Below the pieces are notes generated by a model that worked only from the letters and a program-made list of their open reading frames with translations, did no database searches and had not been told where the DNA came from. A stretch of 64,000 nt of DNA from Planctomycetota bacterium (GTDB lineage: Bacteria; Planctomycetota; GCA-002687715; DRQF01), in NCBI GenBank assembly GCA_036479435.1, contig JAZGFI010000113.1:18711-82710 (forward strand), given 5' to 3'. Below are positions 1 to 9,863 of this stretch, piece after piece. Made by a program: the position numbers and the translations under genes. The first letter of the stretch is position 1, and each line of letters opens with the position of its first letter.

Positions 1-358
1 GACATCCACACATCTTGGCGTGCTGTGGTAGTGCTCCGATTCAATCTCTTCCACTAAACTCTACTCCCAACAACTTTGTGGTCATTTGGGTTCGGTTTTT
101 GCATCGGAAAGTAGGATTCGAGGTGTTCTGTGGGGCTGGGTTGTCGTCTGGATGCTGTGGTAAGCTCCGGGTTCCGGGCGGGGGGGCCGGCCGGTGCTTA
201 TCTTCCGCCATGTTTGTCAATAGCCGCGAGCCCTCGCTAAGCGATTCAGGATCGCCTTAGCGGTTCGAAATCGCCGATGGCGATGCAAGATCGTCGCGCC
301 AAACAGAGGCGTCGGTTGATGAAGCCTGGGGCTGCCCGCAACGGATCTGCCGTACGCC

Positions 359-829
359 ATGAAATGTCCATTTTGCAAGGCCTCAAAAGACAAGGTCATC
401 GACAGCCGCACGGCGGGTGACGGTTCGGTCATCCGCAGGCGGCGTGAGTGCCTCGGATGTGGGCGGCGGTACACAACCTACGAGAAGGTCGAAGACATCC
501 TCTTTCGGGTTATCAAAAAAGACGGCGTGCGCGTGCCTTTTGTGCGCGATCGCATCATGTCGGGAATGCTGAAAGCTTGCGAGAAGCGCCCGGTATCGAC
601 CGAGCAGCTCGAAGGTGTCGTTGATGACATCGAGACGCGCATCAACGAGATGTTCGACAAGGAAGTCGCCTCCAAATTCATCGGCAACATGGTGATGGAT
701 GCGCTCCGTAGTTTGGACCAAGTGGCCTACGTGCGGTTCGCGTCGGTTTATCGCGAATTCAAAGACGTGAACGAGTTCATGAGCGAGCTGAAGGAGATGC
801 TCGAGAAAACGAGTGATGGCGAGGCTTAG
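359..829 (+). CDS. nrdR: Transcriptional repressor NrdR (Zn-ribbon + ATP-cone)
   Basis: 156-aa ORF. N-terminal zinc ribbon CPFC...CLGC ([17 protein letters not shown]...[16 protein letters not shown]) followed by an ATP-cone-like segment. Length is typical of the family. Confidence 0.93.
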   Translation: MKCPFCKASKDKVIDSRTAGDGSVIRRRRECLGCGRRYTTYEKVEDILFRVIKKDGVRVPFVRDRIMSGMLKACEKRPVSTEQLEGVVDDIETRINEMFDKEVASKFIGNMVMDALRSLDQVAYVRFASVYREFKDVNEFMSELKEMLEKTSDGEA

Positions 830-2954
830 GAAAGTACGAAACCGCGGGGGCGAGCTTGTCCCCTTTCGCCAGTCTCGAGTGGCTGAGTCCATTCGGGAAG
901 CAGTGTGCTTGTGTGGTCTCGAAGACGACATTTTGGCGAGTGAACTGGCTGGCGTCGTCACGCTCTTTTTAGAAAAGCACTACGACGACGAGAACCCTCC
1001 AGCGCTTGACGACATTCGAGACATGATTAGCCGCGTGCTTGTCGAGACCGGCCACCGACGCATTTCGCAGGCTTATCTGCGCCTTACGCAACGGGGGGCC
1101 GAACTGCCGTCGCCGGCCAGCGTCGGGCCTGAGTGGGCCTTTTCCGAGGGCCCCGGCTCGGGTGATGAGCCGCCCAGAGTCGCCAACGTCGACCCCGTTG
1201 AGATCATCGATAGCGATGACCAACTGGCGCGACCTTTCGATTCGTCGCGGCTCATGAGTTCACTCGAAAGAGAACTCGGGCTCGCCGAGACGGAAGCGCG
1301 TGAAATCGCGATTGAAGTCGAATCGAAGTTGATGCGAAGCGGCCTCGGGCGGGCGCCGGCGACTTTGGTCCGCGAGTTTGTCGATTCGGAGTTGGCGGTT
1401 CGGGGGCAAGAAACGCTCCTTAAGCGCCATCGTCTCTTCGGTGTTTCGGGTAGCGTGATCGACGGATGGTTGTTTCCCGCTCAGGTGGAAAGGCGGGATC
1501 CAGAGGAGGCTGCGGGCACTCGCGTCTTGGCCGCCTACGCCCTTGACGAAATCTACAGCCGCCCCGTTGCTCGCGCTCACGCGGATGGCCGCCTTCATCT
1601 CAACGGTCTTGGGCACCCCCAGCGGGTCGATGAGATCGTCCTCGATGCCACGGGTCCCTTGTTTCCGGCGAGCGGGCGCAGCAGCGACTTCTTGCTGGAG
1701 CTGGTCACCTTGCTGCAGTCCGTGCGCCCCCTCGTAGGGCGGCGGATCACGCTCTCTCGGTTTGCAGAAGCTTATGCCAGGTTTGCCCCCGCTACGGTAA
1801 CGCGCCGCGGCGTCCAGGCTTTTGCGCGGCGGCTCCTTGAGCACCTGCTCAAGGTCGATGTTTTTGGCCGGCCCATCTTGCCGCCGCTCAACCTGGAGCT
1901 GCACCTCACCGGCGATCACCTCTCAGCCCCCGGTGCGGGTTCCAACTTGGAGGCGGCCCGTGTCGTCCGTCTGTTGTCCGAAACTTTGCTTTCAGAGCTC
2001 GAGAATCGCCCAAAGCTCGCCGGTCGGCTGGGCTTGAGCTTTCTGTTGTCCGCCACGCCGCCCTACGTCTGGCCCGAGTCCCCGGTGCTCGATCAGCTGC
2101 TAACGGCGGCTCGCAAGCATCGCGGCGTGTCTTTGAGACTGTTGCGTCACGAAGACGAGGTCGGTCAAGGGGGCGGTTTGCGGGCTCGAGAGGCGGTGCG
2201 TCTCGAAGTCGGTTCGGTGGCGATCAATCTGCCCGTCGCTTTGGCGCTCCAAGTTTCCGAGACTTTTGATGATGTTACCAGCGCTCTCGGCGGCGCCGTC
2301 GGGCTCGCGGTGGACGCTCTTTTTGAGAAGTACTGGTTCTTGCGCCGGTCGGCACCGGAGACTCTTAGGGGTCTCTTAGCGCACCTGCCGGGCGGGAAGG
2401 GCCTCCGCATCGAAGGGGCTGAACAGGGGGCGCGCCTAGAGTTGTGGGGACTTCCCCACGCGGTTGCCATGCTTCAGGCTCAAGGATTGATCAAGCCCGA
2501 GGAAGCGCCACAGGCTTTGGCGCGCATCCTGAGTTGTGCGGACTATCACGCCGGCGAAGAGCGCGAGAACATTCAACTGGACATCTCTATTGGTGGGGTC
2601 GTGGACCGAGATGCGAAGCGGCGTCTCGCGACCGCGGCCCAGTCCCATGCCTTGAGGCTGGGCCATATGGAGTTGGCCTCCGTCTTGGTGAGAGAAGACG
2701 TCGGCGCCGCCTCCCTCCCGCTGCTGTCGCCCCTTTCGAGCCCCGAGAACCAGGTGTTTTTCCAGTCGTCGGCTTTGGCGCGCATGGGAGCCGGTCTCCC
2801 GCTGCCCGCCCGCGGGGACGACGCCATTGCAAATTCAGGGTGGCTTCGGAGGCTCTTTGAAGGCACGGCGCTGCGGTACCTTGAGTTGGAAGAACGTCCC
2901 GATTCTGAAGAGTTCCAAGGATCGCTCTTCGAAGGCAGTGCGGGGCGCCCCTGA
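813..2954 (+). CDS. NrdD-like (class III ribonucleotide reductase-like) protein with two ATP-cone segments; catalytic Cys and glycyl-radical tail not seen
   Basis: 713-aa ORF whose start overlaps the nrdR stop by 17 nt. ATP-cone pattern appears twice ([26 protein letters not shown]; [35 protein letters not shown]). NrdD-like motifs [14 protein letters not shown] and [13 protein letters not shown] are present. No RVCGY-type C-terminus. Confidence 0.75.
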   Translation: MMARLRKVRNRGGELVPFRQSRVAESIREAVCLCGLEDDILASELAGVVTLFLEKHYDDENPPALDDIRDMISRVLVETGHRRISQAYLRLTQRGAELPSPASVGPEWAFSEGPGSGDEPPRVANVDPVEIIDSDDQLARPFDSSRLMSSLERELGLAETEAREIAIEVESKLMRSGLGRAPATLVREFVDSELAVRGQETLLKRHRLFGVSGSVIDGWLFPAQVERRDPEEAAGTRVLAAYALDEIYSRPVARAHADGRLHLNGLGHPQRVDEIVLDATGPLFPASGRSSDFLLELVTLLQSVRPLVGRRITLSRFAEAYARFAPATVTRRGVQAFARRLLEHLLKVDVFGRPILPPLNLELHLTGDHLSAPGAGSNLEAARVVRLLSETLLSELENRPKLAGRLGLSFLLSATPPYVWPESPVLDQLLTAARKHRGVSLRLLRHEDEVGQGGGLRAREAVRLEVGSVAINLPVALALQVSETFDDVTSALGGAVGLAVDALFEKYWFLRRSAPETLRGLLAHLPGGKGLRIEGAEQGARLELWGLPHAVAMLQAQGLIKPEEAPQALARILSCADYHAGEERENIQLDISIGGVVDRDAKRRLATAAQSHALRLGHMELASVLVREDVGAASLPLLSPLSSPENQVFFQSSALARMGAGLPLPARGDDAIANSGWLRRLFEGTALRYLELEERPDSEEFQGSLFEGSAGRP

Positions 2955-3090
2955 CATGGTTTCAAGCCGCACGGCCGGGACCGAAGAAACTCCATCGCAA
3001 TATAAATGTCATGCGCATCGAATGCCTTTAGCAGGTGCCACGGTTGTGGTCCAAGGTTGCCGCTCGGGTACCAGAAACTGCTTTCATTCG

Positions 3091-4455
3091 ATGCTGGCCG
3101 TCGTCTTGTTGTCATGTGTTGCGGCGACCGGTTTGGCCCAGGCGACACGCCCTTCGGGAAAAACCCCTGTCAAAACGGGTCGGGTCGAAGGCCGCCTCGT
3201 TTGGGAGGGAGCCCCTTGGCCGCGGCGCGAAGTCTTGTGGCCACCAGAACAGCGTGGACATGACCTCAAACTTGAGCGTTTTCTCGTCGAAAACACCATC
3301 TACGAAGAGGATCTTGTCATTGACGCCAAGACACGAGGCGTCGCTGCGGGCCTCGTGATCTTGCCCGGCTTGCGTCTTCCGCCGGCCCCGCCCAAGCGCA
3401 TGACAATTGCGATTAGGGGTTTGCGCTTTTCGAGCCGTCAAATCGTGTTGCCGCGGGACTGGAATTTAGGGCTTCACAACGCCGACGCTTGGCCCTATGA
3501 GATTCAACTGATCGCGGGGCAAAAGGTCATGAAGACTATCTCGTTGCCGGCGGAGACCGACATCGATCTCGGACCGCTGACGGGCTCGGGCTTGTCGCTA
3601 CGAAGTCGGCGCTTTCCCTTCATGACCGCCGCGATTCATCCGCGTGATCTGAAACCGACCGTGATCACCGACCTCCAGGGGCGCTTTACTCTCAATGGCG
3701 TTCCTGCAGGCAAACTCGAACTCATCCTGCATCATCCCTTATTCGGCGAGATTCGGAAATCGCTGACTGTCGTTGCGGAAGAGACGGTGCGGCTCAAGGT
3801 GCCTCTTCGATCTCTGTCGTTTTCGGGAACCACGACCTTGGAGCCTTTGGGCACGGCTGCCAGCGCCGTTTTTCGGGTCGACGGGGTGCCCGTGAGTGCC
3901 TCCAGTTTGAGGTCGGTCGTGGAATTCTACCGCGCGCGGCACGCTCCTTTTGAAATGGGCGGCGCTTGGCTCGAAACCCAAGCGGTGCGCGCGGCCGTGC
4001 TCCCGGTCGCCGCGATGTTTGCCGGTCATCGATCCTCCGCCGCGGCCCTGGGTGCTAAGATGCGTGCCATCCAGGCTCGTCTTGCCTCTGGCGCTGACTT
4101 CGTTGCTCTCGCCAAGCAGTTCTCTTCAGAGCCTTTTGAGGCTCGCGGCGCGCTGTTGAAGAACCGTCGGCGCCGCGACCTCGATCCTTGGCTGGGAGCG
4201 GCGGTTTTCGAAACCGCGATGGGCAACCTGACCTCCGCCATCTGGACCTCGCGCGGCCTCCATTTGGCACGGGTTGAGGGAAAAGGGGCTGCGGGCGGCG
4301 TCGAACATCGACACTTTCGACATATTGTTCTGGCCTGGAACGAGAAGCCCTCCTGGGGCCGCCTGGACGCGGAAGCACGCGAAAGGGCGTCCAGGGCGAA
4401 AGTTACGGAGATTGGCGAGCGTTGGCGAAAGCGGATTCCCGAGGGGAACCAGTGA
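3091..4455 (+). CDS. Secreted protein with C-terminal PpiC/parvulin-type peptidyl-prolyl isomerase domain
   Basis: Signal-peptide-like MLAVVLLSCVAATGLAQA at 3091. C-terminus ARLASGADFVALAKQFSSEP...AVFETAMGNLTSAIWTSRGLHLARVEG resembles a parvulin fold. The middle has a carboxypeptidase-regulatory-like beta segment (GRFTLNGVPAGKLELILHHP). Start is uncertain (alternatives 2956, 3022). Confidence 0.7.
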   Translation: MLAVVLLSCVAATGLAQATRPSGKTPVKTGRVEGRLVWEGAPWPRREVLWPPEQRGHDLKLERFLVENTIYEEDLVIDAKTRGVAAGLVILPGLRLPPAPPKRMTIAIRGLRFSSRQIVLPRDWNLGLHNADAWPYEIQLIAGQKVMKTISLPAETDIDLGPLTGSGLSLRSRRFPFMTAAIHPRDLKPTVITDLQGRFTLNGVPAGKLELILHHPLFGEIRKSLTVVAEETVRLKVPLRSLSFSGTTTLEPLGTAASAVFRVDGVPVSASSLRSVVEFYRARHAPFEMGGAWLETQAVRAAVLPVAAMFAGHRSSAAALGAKMRAIQARLASGADFVALAKQFSSEPFEARGALLKNRRRRDLDPWLGAAVFETAMGNLTSAIWTSRGLHLARVEGKGAAGGVEHRHFRHIVLAWNEKPSWGRLDAEARERASRAKVTEIGERWRKRIPEGNQ

Positions 4456-4623
4456 TGCTGCCGGTACTGCTCCTGTCGCTGTTTTCGCCTATAACCGGGT
4501 TCGGCCGTTTGGGGGCCATGTCCGATGGGCATGGGGCCCGGTGGCGGCGACTCACACACAAGTCTTGCTGGCAGGGCGCCCTCATGATGGCGGCCTCGAA
4601 ACGCGAGTTCGGGATGCGAACGC

Positions 4624-7600
4624 ATGAAGCTTAATTCCCTCGAAGTACACGGCTTTAAATCCTTCGCCGAAAAGACAGTAATTGAGTTCACGAGCGGCGT
4701 CACGGCTATCGTTGGGCCTAACGGTTGCGGCAAGAGCAATGTGGTCGACGCGGTGAAGTGGGTCTTGGGCGAACAGAGCATCAAGTCGCTGCGCGGTCGT
4801 GAAATGACGGACGTGATTTTCAATGGTTCGGAACGCCGTCCCGCCATGAACATGGCTGAAGCGACCCTGACTTTTGACAACGAAGACCGCACATTGGACT
4901 TGGACGAGTCCGAAGTCGCGATCACTCGCCGCCTTTACCGCTCGGGTGAAAGCGACTATCTCATTAACCATAAGAGCTGTCGTTTGCGCGACGTTCGAGA
5001 ATTGTTGATGGGAACGGGGCTGGGGCCCGGCGGTTACTCCTTCATGGAGCAGGGCAAGATCGACAGCGTGTTGGCGAGCAACCCCGTCGACCGTCGCAAA
5101 GTTTTCGAGGAAGCCGCTGGCATTTCGAGGTTTCGTGCCCGCCGGCACGAGGCGGAACTCAAACTGGAAAAGGTCGACGCCAACCTTTTGCGCTTGGCGG
5201 ACATCATCGACGAGCTCGAACGTCGCGAGCGATCTCTCAAAATTCAGGCGGGCAAGGCCGAGCGTTACCGCGAGGCGAGTCAGCGCGCCCGCGAGTTGCA
5301 GGCCAAGGTCGCGGTTCACCGCTTCCGCGAGAATCGACGGGCACAGATCGAAATCGAAAAGCTGCTCGACGAGCGGCGCGGTCGTCGCGACGAGCTCGGA
5401 ACGGCGCGGGACGAAAAGCGCGGCGCCTACGATGAGATCAACGAGCAACTAGCCGAAGTCAATGAGGCCTTGAGTCTCGAGCGCGAAACTGCCGCCGACA
5501 TTCGTGCCCGCGAAAAGGGCGCACGAGAGATGGCGGAATTTCACCGCCGCCATCTCGAGGATCTCGTGACGCGCGCTGAAGGTCGGGAACATGAGATTCA
5601 TGAACTCGAAAAAGACCTTGAGCTAAGCGCGGGAGAAAGCGAGCAGCAGAGTGCCGATCAGGCATCGCTCGACGTTGCCGTCAAACAAAAGCGAGAGCGC
5701 GTCGCCGAGATGGCCCAGGAGGTCGGTGAGCTGCGCAAGTCGGCCCACGCGAGCGAATCCCAGATTCGAGCCGCGGGCGAACAGTTTGATGCATTGGTGC
5801 GTCGCCGCACCGAGGTCGAACGTGAGACCGCCCGCCGCGAGGCCGACGAGACGCGGTGGCGTGATGAGACGGCTCGCGCCGATGAGCGTTTGGAAGAACT
5901 CGAACGAGAAGTCGAGCGGCTACAAGCCGACATCCTTTCCGCCAAGAAGAGCTCAGAAGCATCTCACGATAGCCTTAGAGGTAAACGCGAGAAACTGGCG
6001 CAATCGGAAAGCGAAGTTGAATCACAGCGCGACACCATGCGCGAAGCGGAGGAAGCCCAGCGATTGGCCGTCGCTGAGCGCTCGCGGGTTGAGAGCCGTC
6101 GCGAAGTTCTGCAAGGCCACATCTTGCGCCACGAAGGTCTGGAAGAAGGCGTAAGAAAGCTGCTCGCGGCCCGGAAGGCGAAGTCTGATTTTTTGCCTGG
6201 GTGCAAGGGGCTCTTGCTCGATCTCATCGCGGTGGAACGCAGTCAGGCCAATGCTATCGAGGCCGCGCTTGGCGACGCCGCTCAGGCCCTCGTGGTCGAA
6301 ACCGTGGCCGAGGCGATGGATGGCGCGCGCGTGTTGCAAAAAAACGGCAAGGGCCGCGCCGCATTCTTGCCCTTGGAGTGTTTCGAGGGCGCGAACGACG
6401 CGCAAGTTTCGCTTCCAGCCGGAGTGTCCATTCGTGAGGGGCTTTCGGCTGCCGATACCAAACGCCTCGAAGGCCTGCTCAAGGCGCTGATCGGCGGCGT
6501 GATGGTTTGCGAGTTTGACGAACTAGAGAACGAACTGTCGCGCGGTGCCAAGTCAGCGAAGCTGATCGCCACGCGACGTGGGGACCTTGTTCGCGAAGGG
6601 CGCCTGTTTCGCTGGGGAGGGGCAAGCAACGCTCAGGGCTTGTTGGCCGTTCGATCCGAACTCGAAGAGCTGGAGGAGGCCGCCGTTCGCTCGCAGCGAG
6701 AGGTCGCCCGCATCAAATCCTCCTTGGCCGACCTGGAAGACGCGCGTGAGCGGGCCGACGGCGCCCTCAAATCGCTGCGACAAGAAGCGCGTGAGGAAGA
6801 AGGGCGTGTTCACGCTCTAAATCACGAGTGGAAGGGGCTCGAGGCCAGTCGGGAACGATTGGAGGCGGAGCGCGCGCGACTCACATCGCAACGTCAAAAC
6901 AGCGAGAGCAAGTTGGCGACTTTGGCGCAGGCGCGCGAGCTGGCGATGGTCGGACTGGCCGAGTTAGAGGCTCGGCTCAAAGGGGCTGAAGAATCCCGCG
7001 CGGCGACCTTGCAGGACCGCGACAGCTCGCGTGAGAGCTTGGACTCATCGGCCGGCCAACTCGAGATTCACCGCGTTGAACTGGCTTCGGACGAGCAGCG
7101 CTTGCAAGGGCTCAATAGCTCGCTCAGTCACTTGACGGAGAGGCACTCCCGCGCCAGCCGAGGAATAACTAGGTATCGGGATGAACTGACGGCTTTTGCA
7201 GCGGATCGGGATCGCTCGGCAAAACTAGCCCAAGAGGAAAAGGCCAAGTCCAGCGAACTCCAGACTGAAGGCGAGGCCATCGTTGAGCGCACGAAGGCCA
7301 AAGAAAATGACGTCGCCGAAGTCCGCTCGCGACACGAGATCGTGGGCAAAGAGATCCGCGACGTCGAACGCGCTTTTGAAGAGGCCGCCGAGGCTTTTCA
7401 TGCCGCCGATGTACAGGCCAACGAGATCCGCGTCAATCAGGAAAATCTGGTCTCTCATGTTCGCGCCGAGCTTGAAGTTGATTTGGCTGAGCTCGAGAGT
7501 CGCCAGGAAGCAGAAGCGGCTGACGCCGCCGCCGCCGAAGGCGGCTCTCCTGGCGAAAGCGGCGATGAACTCGACGGACGTGAAACTGAAGCTGAAACTG

Positions 7601-8643
7601 AGCCTGAGGTTGATTGGGCCGCCGTCGAAGCAGAACTCAACGAACTCAAGGATCGGCTGCGCCGGCTGGGTAATGTCAACCTTGCGGCGATTGATGACCT
7701 CGACGAAGTCCAAGAGCGCCTGGAGTTCTTGGTCGCCCAAAGAAATGACCTCGTTCATTCCAAGCAACAGCTTGGGCGAGTGCTGGGCAACATTGAGGAA
7801 GAGTCAACCCGGCTCTTTCGTGAGACCTTTGACAACGTTCGCCGTGAATTCCAACTCACGTTCCGGAAGCTCTTTGGTGGTGGAAAGGCGGACATCGTTC
7901 TTACCGATCCGGATAACATCCTGGAATCGGGAATTGAAATCACCGCCCGCCCGCCCGGCAAAGAGATGCGCAGCATCGAATTGTTGTCGGGGGGCGAGCG
8001 GACGTTGACCGCGGTCTCTTTGCTGTTTTCGATCATTCGCTCGCATCCATGTCCTTGTTGTCTCATGGATGAAGTCGACGCCGCCCTCGACGAAGACAAC
8101 ACCGAACGATTCGGGCAGTTGCTCGATGAGTTTTACGAACGTACCCAGTTCATTCTCATTACTCACAGTCGCCGTACGATGGCCCGCGCCGATGTGTTGT
8201 TTGGGGTTACGATGGGCGAGCGTGGCGTTTCACGTCCAGTGGCCGTGCGATTCGAGGATGTCGATGACCACGGAAATATCGCTGGAGAGAATTCGCGCCG
8301 AAAAAGGCCGCCTGCGAAGCCCTCAAGCCCGCGTCCGGACCAAGACGGGGGAGCCGCGAATTCGGCAGGGAAGTCGACTTCGCCCGGGCCGGGAGAAAAC
8401 CCAGGTTTCACGGATTCGGGCCGCAATGGGCATGCGAATGGAAGTGGAAGCTCTGACGAGCCCCAGTCCCAAGGCGGGCTCGAAGCACCTGGCAGTGAGG
8501 TCATTGTCGAGGTCAGCGAAGCGGCGGCTCCGGATGATGAAGGCGGCCAGGTCTTCCCGGCTTCCGATCCCCGTTCCCTCGACCGTGAGCGCCATCTTCA
8601 GGGGAATACAGAGCCGGAACAAAGCGCTGAAGAGGGCGCCTGA
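4624..8643 (+). CDS. smc: Chromosome partition protein SMC, with a roughly 120-aa low-complexity C-terminal tail
   Basis: MKLNSLEVHGFKSFAEKTVIEF...GPNGCGKSNVVDAVKWVLGEQS (Walker A), long coiled-coil arms, signature LSGGERTL, Walker B CLMDEVDAALD. Confidence 0.95.
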   Translation: MKLNSLEVHGFKSFAEKTVIEFTSGVTAIVGPNGCGKSNVVDAVKWVLGEQSIKSLRGREMTDVIFNGSERRPAMNMAEATLTFDNEDRTLDLDESEVAITRRLYRSGESDYLINHKSCRLRDVRELLMGTGLGPGGYSFMEQGKIDSVLASNPVDRRKVFEEAAGISRFRARRHEAELKLEKVDANLLRLADIIDELERRERSLKIQAGKAERYREASQRARELQAKVAVHRFRENRRAQIEIEKLLDERRGRRDELGTARDEKRGAYDEINEQLAEVNEALSLERETAADIRAREKGAREMAEFHRRHLEDLVTRAEGREHEIHELEKDLELSAGESEQQSADQASLDVAVKQKRERVAEMAQEVGELRKSAHASESQIRAAGEQFDALVRRRTEVERETARREADETRWRDETARADERLEELEREVERLQADILSAKKSSEASHDSLRGKREKLAQSESEVESQRDTMREAEEAQRLAVAERSRVESRREVLQGHILRHEGLEEGVRKLLAARKAKSDFLPGCKGLLLDLIAVERSQANAIEAALGDAAQALVVETVAEAMDGARVLQKNGKGRAAFLPLECFEGANDAQVSLPAGVSIREGLSAADTKRLEGLLKALIGGVMVCEFDELENELSRGAKSAKLIATRRGDLVREGRLFRWGGASNAQGLLAVRSELEELEEAAVRSQREVARIKSSLADLEDARERADGALKSLRQEAREEEGRVHALNHEWKGLEASRERLEAERARLTSQRQNSESKLATLAQARELAMVGLAELEARLKGAEESRAATLQDRDSSRESLDSSAGQLEIHRVELASDEQRLQGLNSSLSHLTERHSRASRGITRYRDELTAFAADRDRSAKLAQEEKAKSSELQTEGEAIVERTKAKENDVAEVRSRHEIVGKEIRDVERAFEEAAEAFHAADVQANEIRVNQENLVSHVRAELEVDLAELESRQEAEAADAAAAEGGSPGESGDELDGRETEAETEPEVDWAAVEAELNELKDRLRRLGNVNLAAIDDLDEVQERLEFLVAQRNDLVHSKQQLGRVLGNIEEESTRLFRETFDNVRREFQLTFRKLFGGGKADIVLTDPDNILESGIEITARPPGKEMRSIELLSGGERTLTAVSLLFSIIRSHPCPCCLMDEVDAALDEDNTERFGQLLDEFYERTQFILITHSRRTMARADVLFGVTMGERGVSRPVAVRFEDVDDHGNIAGENSRRKRPPAKPSSPRPDQDGGAANSAGKSTSPGPGENPGFTDSGRNGHANGSGSSDEPQSQGGLEAPGSEVIVEVSEAAAPDDEGGQVFPASDPRSLDRERHLQGNTEPEQSAEEGA

Positions 8644-8747
8644 GCCCTTCGCCTTCGAGAAAAGATGTTGTCGTGGCAAGTCGCTGAAGCTGTGAGCCTC
8701 CTCTGGTCGATAGGAGGGGAGCAACCCAAGCGAGACGGCCGCGATAC

Positions 8748-9833
8748 ATGCGACACTACAAAATGCTCTTTTTGCTGGCCGGCGTCGGGGGCGCTTTGAT
8801 TTTCCTCGCCGGGATCTTGGTTTCTACCGAGCTCAGCTTGCGGAAGCCCATAGACGAGGACAACGCGGTGGAGCACGCGTTTTCCGACCGGAAGACCGAC
8901 CGGGTACCGGTGGCCTTGCACCACGGGGGAACGCTTAAAGAAGGCCGTGATCGTCGCAAGCTTTTTGAGCGCGAATTGAACGAAATTCGAACCCTGCTTG
9001 AGAGTGCCAAGAAAGTAGGTCCCGCGGCAATCCGAAAAGCCCAAACCATCCAGAGCGGTGCCCTAGAGCGAGTGGCGTCCGAAGACTGGGAGTTTCTCAA
9101 AAAGGAATTTACTCGTGGTGACGAACCGCGAGGCTATCGCGGCCTCCTGATCGTCCTCATCGGGCAATCGGGTTCGGATCAGGGTGCCGCCGCCATTGCA
9201 CCTCTTTACGACTTGCATCCCATCAAAGTGGTAGAGGGGCTCAAACGTCACGGAGGGGAAGCGGGTCTTAGTGCCATTCAAGGCATCTACTCAGAACTCG
9301 AATCGAATCGTCCCAAATACGGACTCATCAAGGCGACGTCCGGTTTCCCTGGCGAGCTTTCCAGGCCTTGGCTCGTCGAACTCATGGAGACCGAGACGGA
9401 AGATTTCATCTTGCGCACCGTCGTCACTCAGTTGCGACAGTTTCCGAGCCGGCACAGTCTCAATGCCCTTGAGAACTTTGCGAGGTCGCGCCACGAAGAC
9501 CCCAAGCAGCGTTCCTTAGTGGCCCGCGCCTTCAATTCGATGGCGGCCATTCCCGGGGGTGCCGCCCACTTACTTTCGATCGGCATCGTCGAAAACGAAC
9601 CGGTCAGTGTGAGTGATCCAGCTTTGAGAGCCCTGGCGTTCTCCAGAGACTCCGGGGCTATCACCCCCGCTTTGGAGGCTCTTATCGGTGGCCGCGGGGA
9701 TGCTCAGGCCTTGGAACAGTACCTCTCCCGCAATCTTGGACCCGAGCACGCCGGTATCGTCTCGGTCTTTTTAGAAATGACCCAAGATTCAGGCCTCAAG
9801 TCCAGGCTGAAAGCCCTCACCGCCACGGACTAA
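8748..9833 (+). CDS. Membrane-anchored hypothetical protein, alpha-helical (HEAT-like?) repeats
   Basis: N-terminal TM MLFLLAGVGGALIFLAGILV. The rest is helical and Leu/Ala-rich with repeated A..AL patterns. No recognisable catalytic motif. Confidence 0.55.
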   Translation: MRHYKMLFLLAGVGGALIFLAGILVSTELSLRKPIDEDNAVEHAFSDRKTDRVPVALHHGGTLKEGRDRRKLFERELNEIRTLLESAKKVGPAAIRKAQTIQSGALERVASEDWEFLKKEFTRGDEPRGYRGLLIVLIGQSGSDQGAAAIAPLYDLHPIKVVEGLKRHGGEAGLSAIQGIYSELESNRPKYGLIKATSGFPGELSRPWLVELMETETEDFILRTVVTQLRQFPSRHSLNALENFARSRHEDPKQRSLVARAFNSMAAIPGGAAHLLSIGIVENEPVSVSDPALRALAFSRDSGAITPALEALIGGRGDAQALEQYLSRNLGPEHAGIVSVFLEMTQDSGLKSRLKALTATD

Positions 9834-9863
9834 GCTCGACCGGCCCGCTTGTTATCCTGCGGG

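Noticed and set aside
8-23. acacatcttggcgtgc has CAC...GTG ends like an NrdR box.
   Set aside because: About 9 of 16 positions match the acaCwAtATaTwGtgt consensus as I recall it. The AT-rich centre is missing and there is no tandem second box at the usual spacing.
261-276. cggttcgaaatcgcc looks like a tRNA T-loop (GGTTCGAAT).
   Set aside because: No 5-bp T stem, no acceptor or anticodon arms can be drawn around it.
314-344. ggttgatgaagcctggggctgcccgcaacgg, just upstream of nrdR, resembles the GGUGAAAAUCC...GCUGCCCCCGCAACUGU core of cobalamin riboswitches.
   Set aside because: Only 14 nt remain before the nrdR ATG, so there is no room for the 3-prime half (B12 box, P6 or an expression platform). 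No GGGAA element lies upstream. It is a partial resemblance only. An Infernal scan with RF00174 would settle it.
4026-5448. Minus-strand ORFs (299 aa and 288 aa) overlap the PPIase gene end and the smc start.
   Set aside because: These are shadow ORFs. They span an intergenic region and run opposite to strongly supported genes, and they have no recognisable domains.
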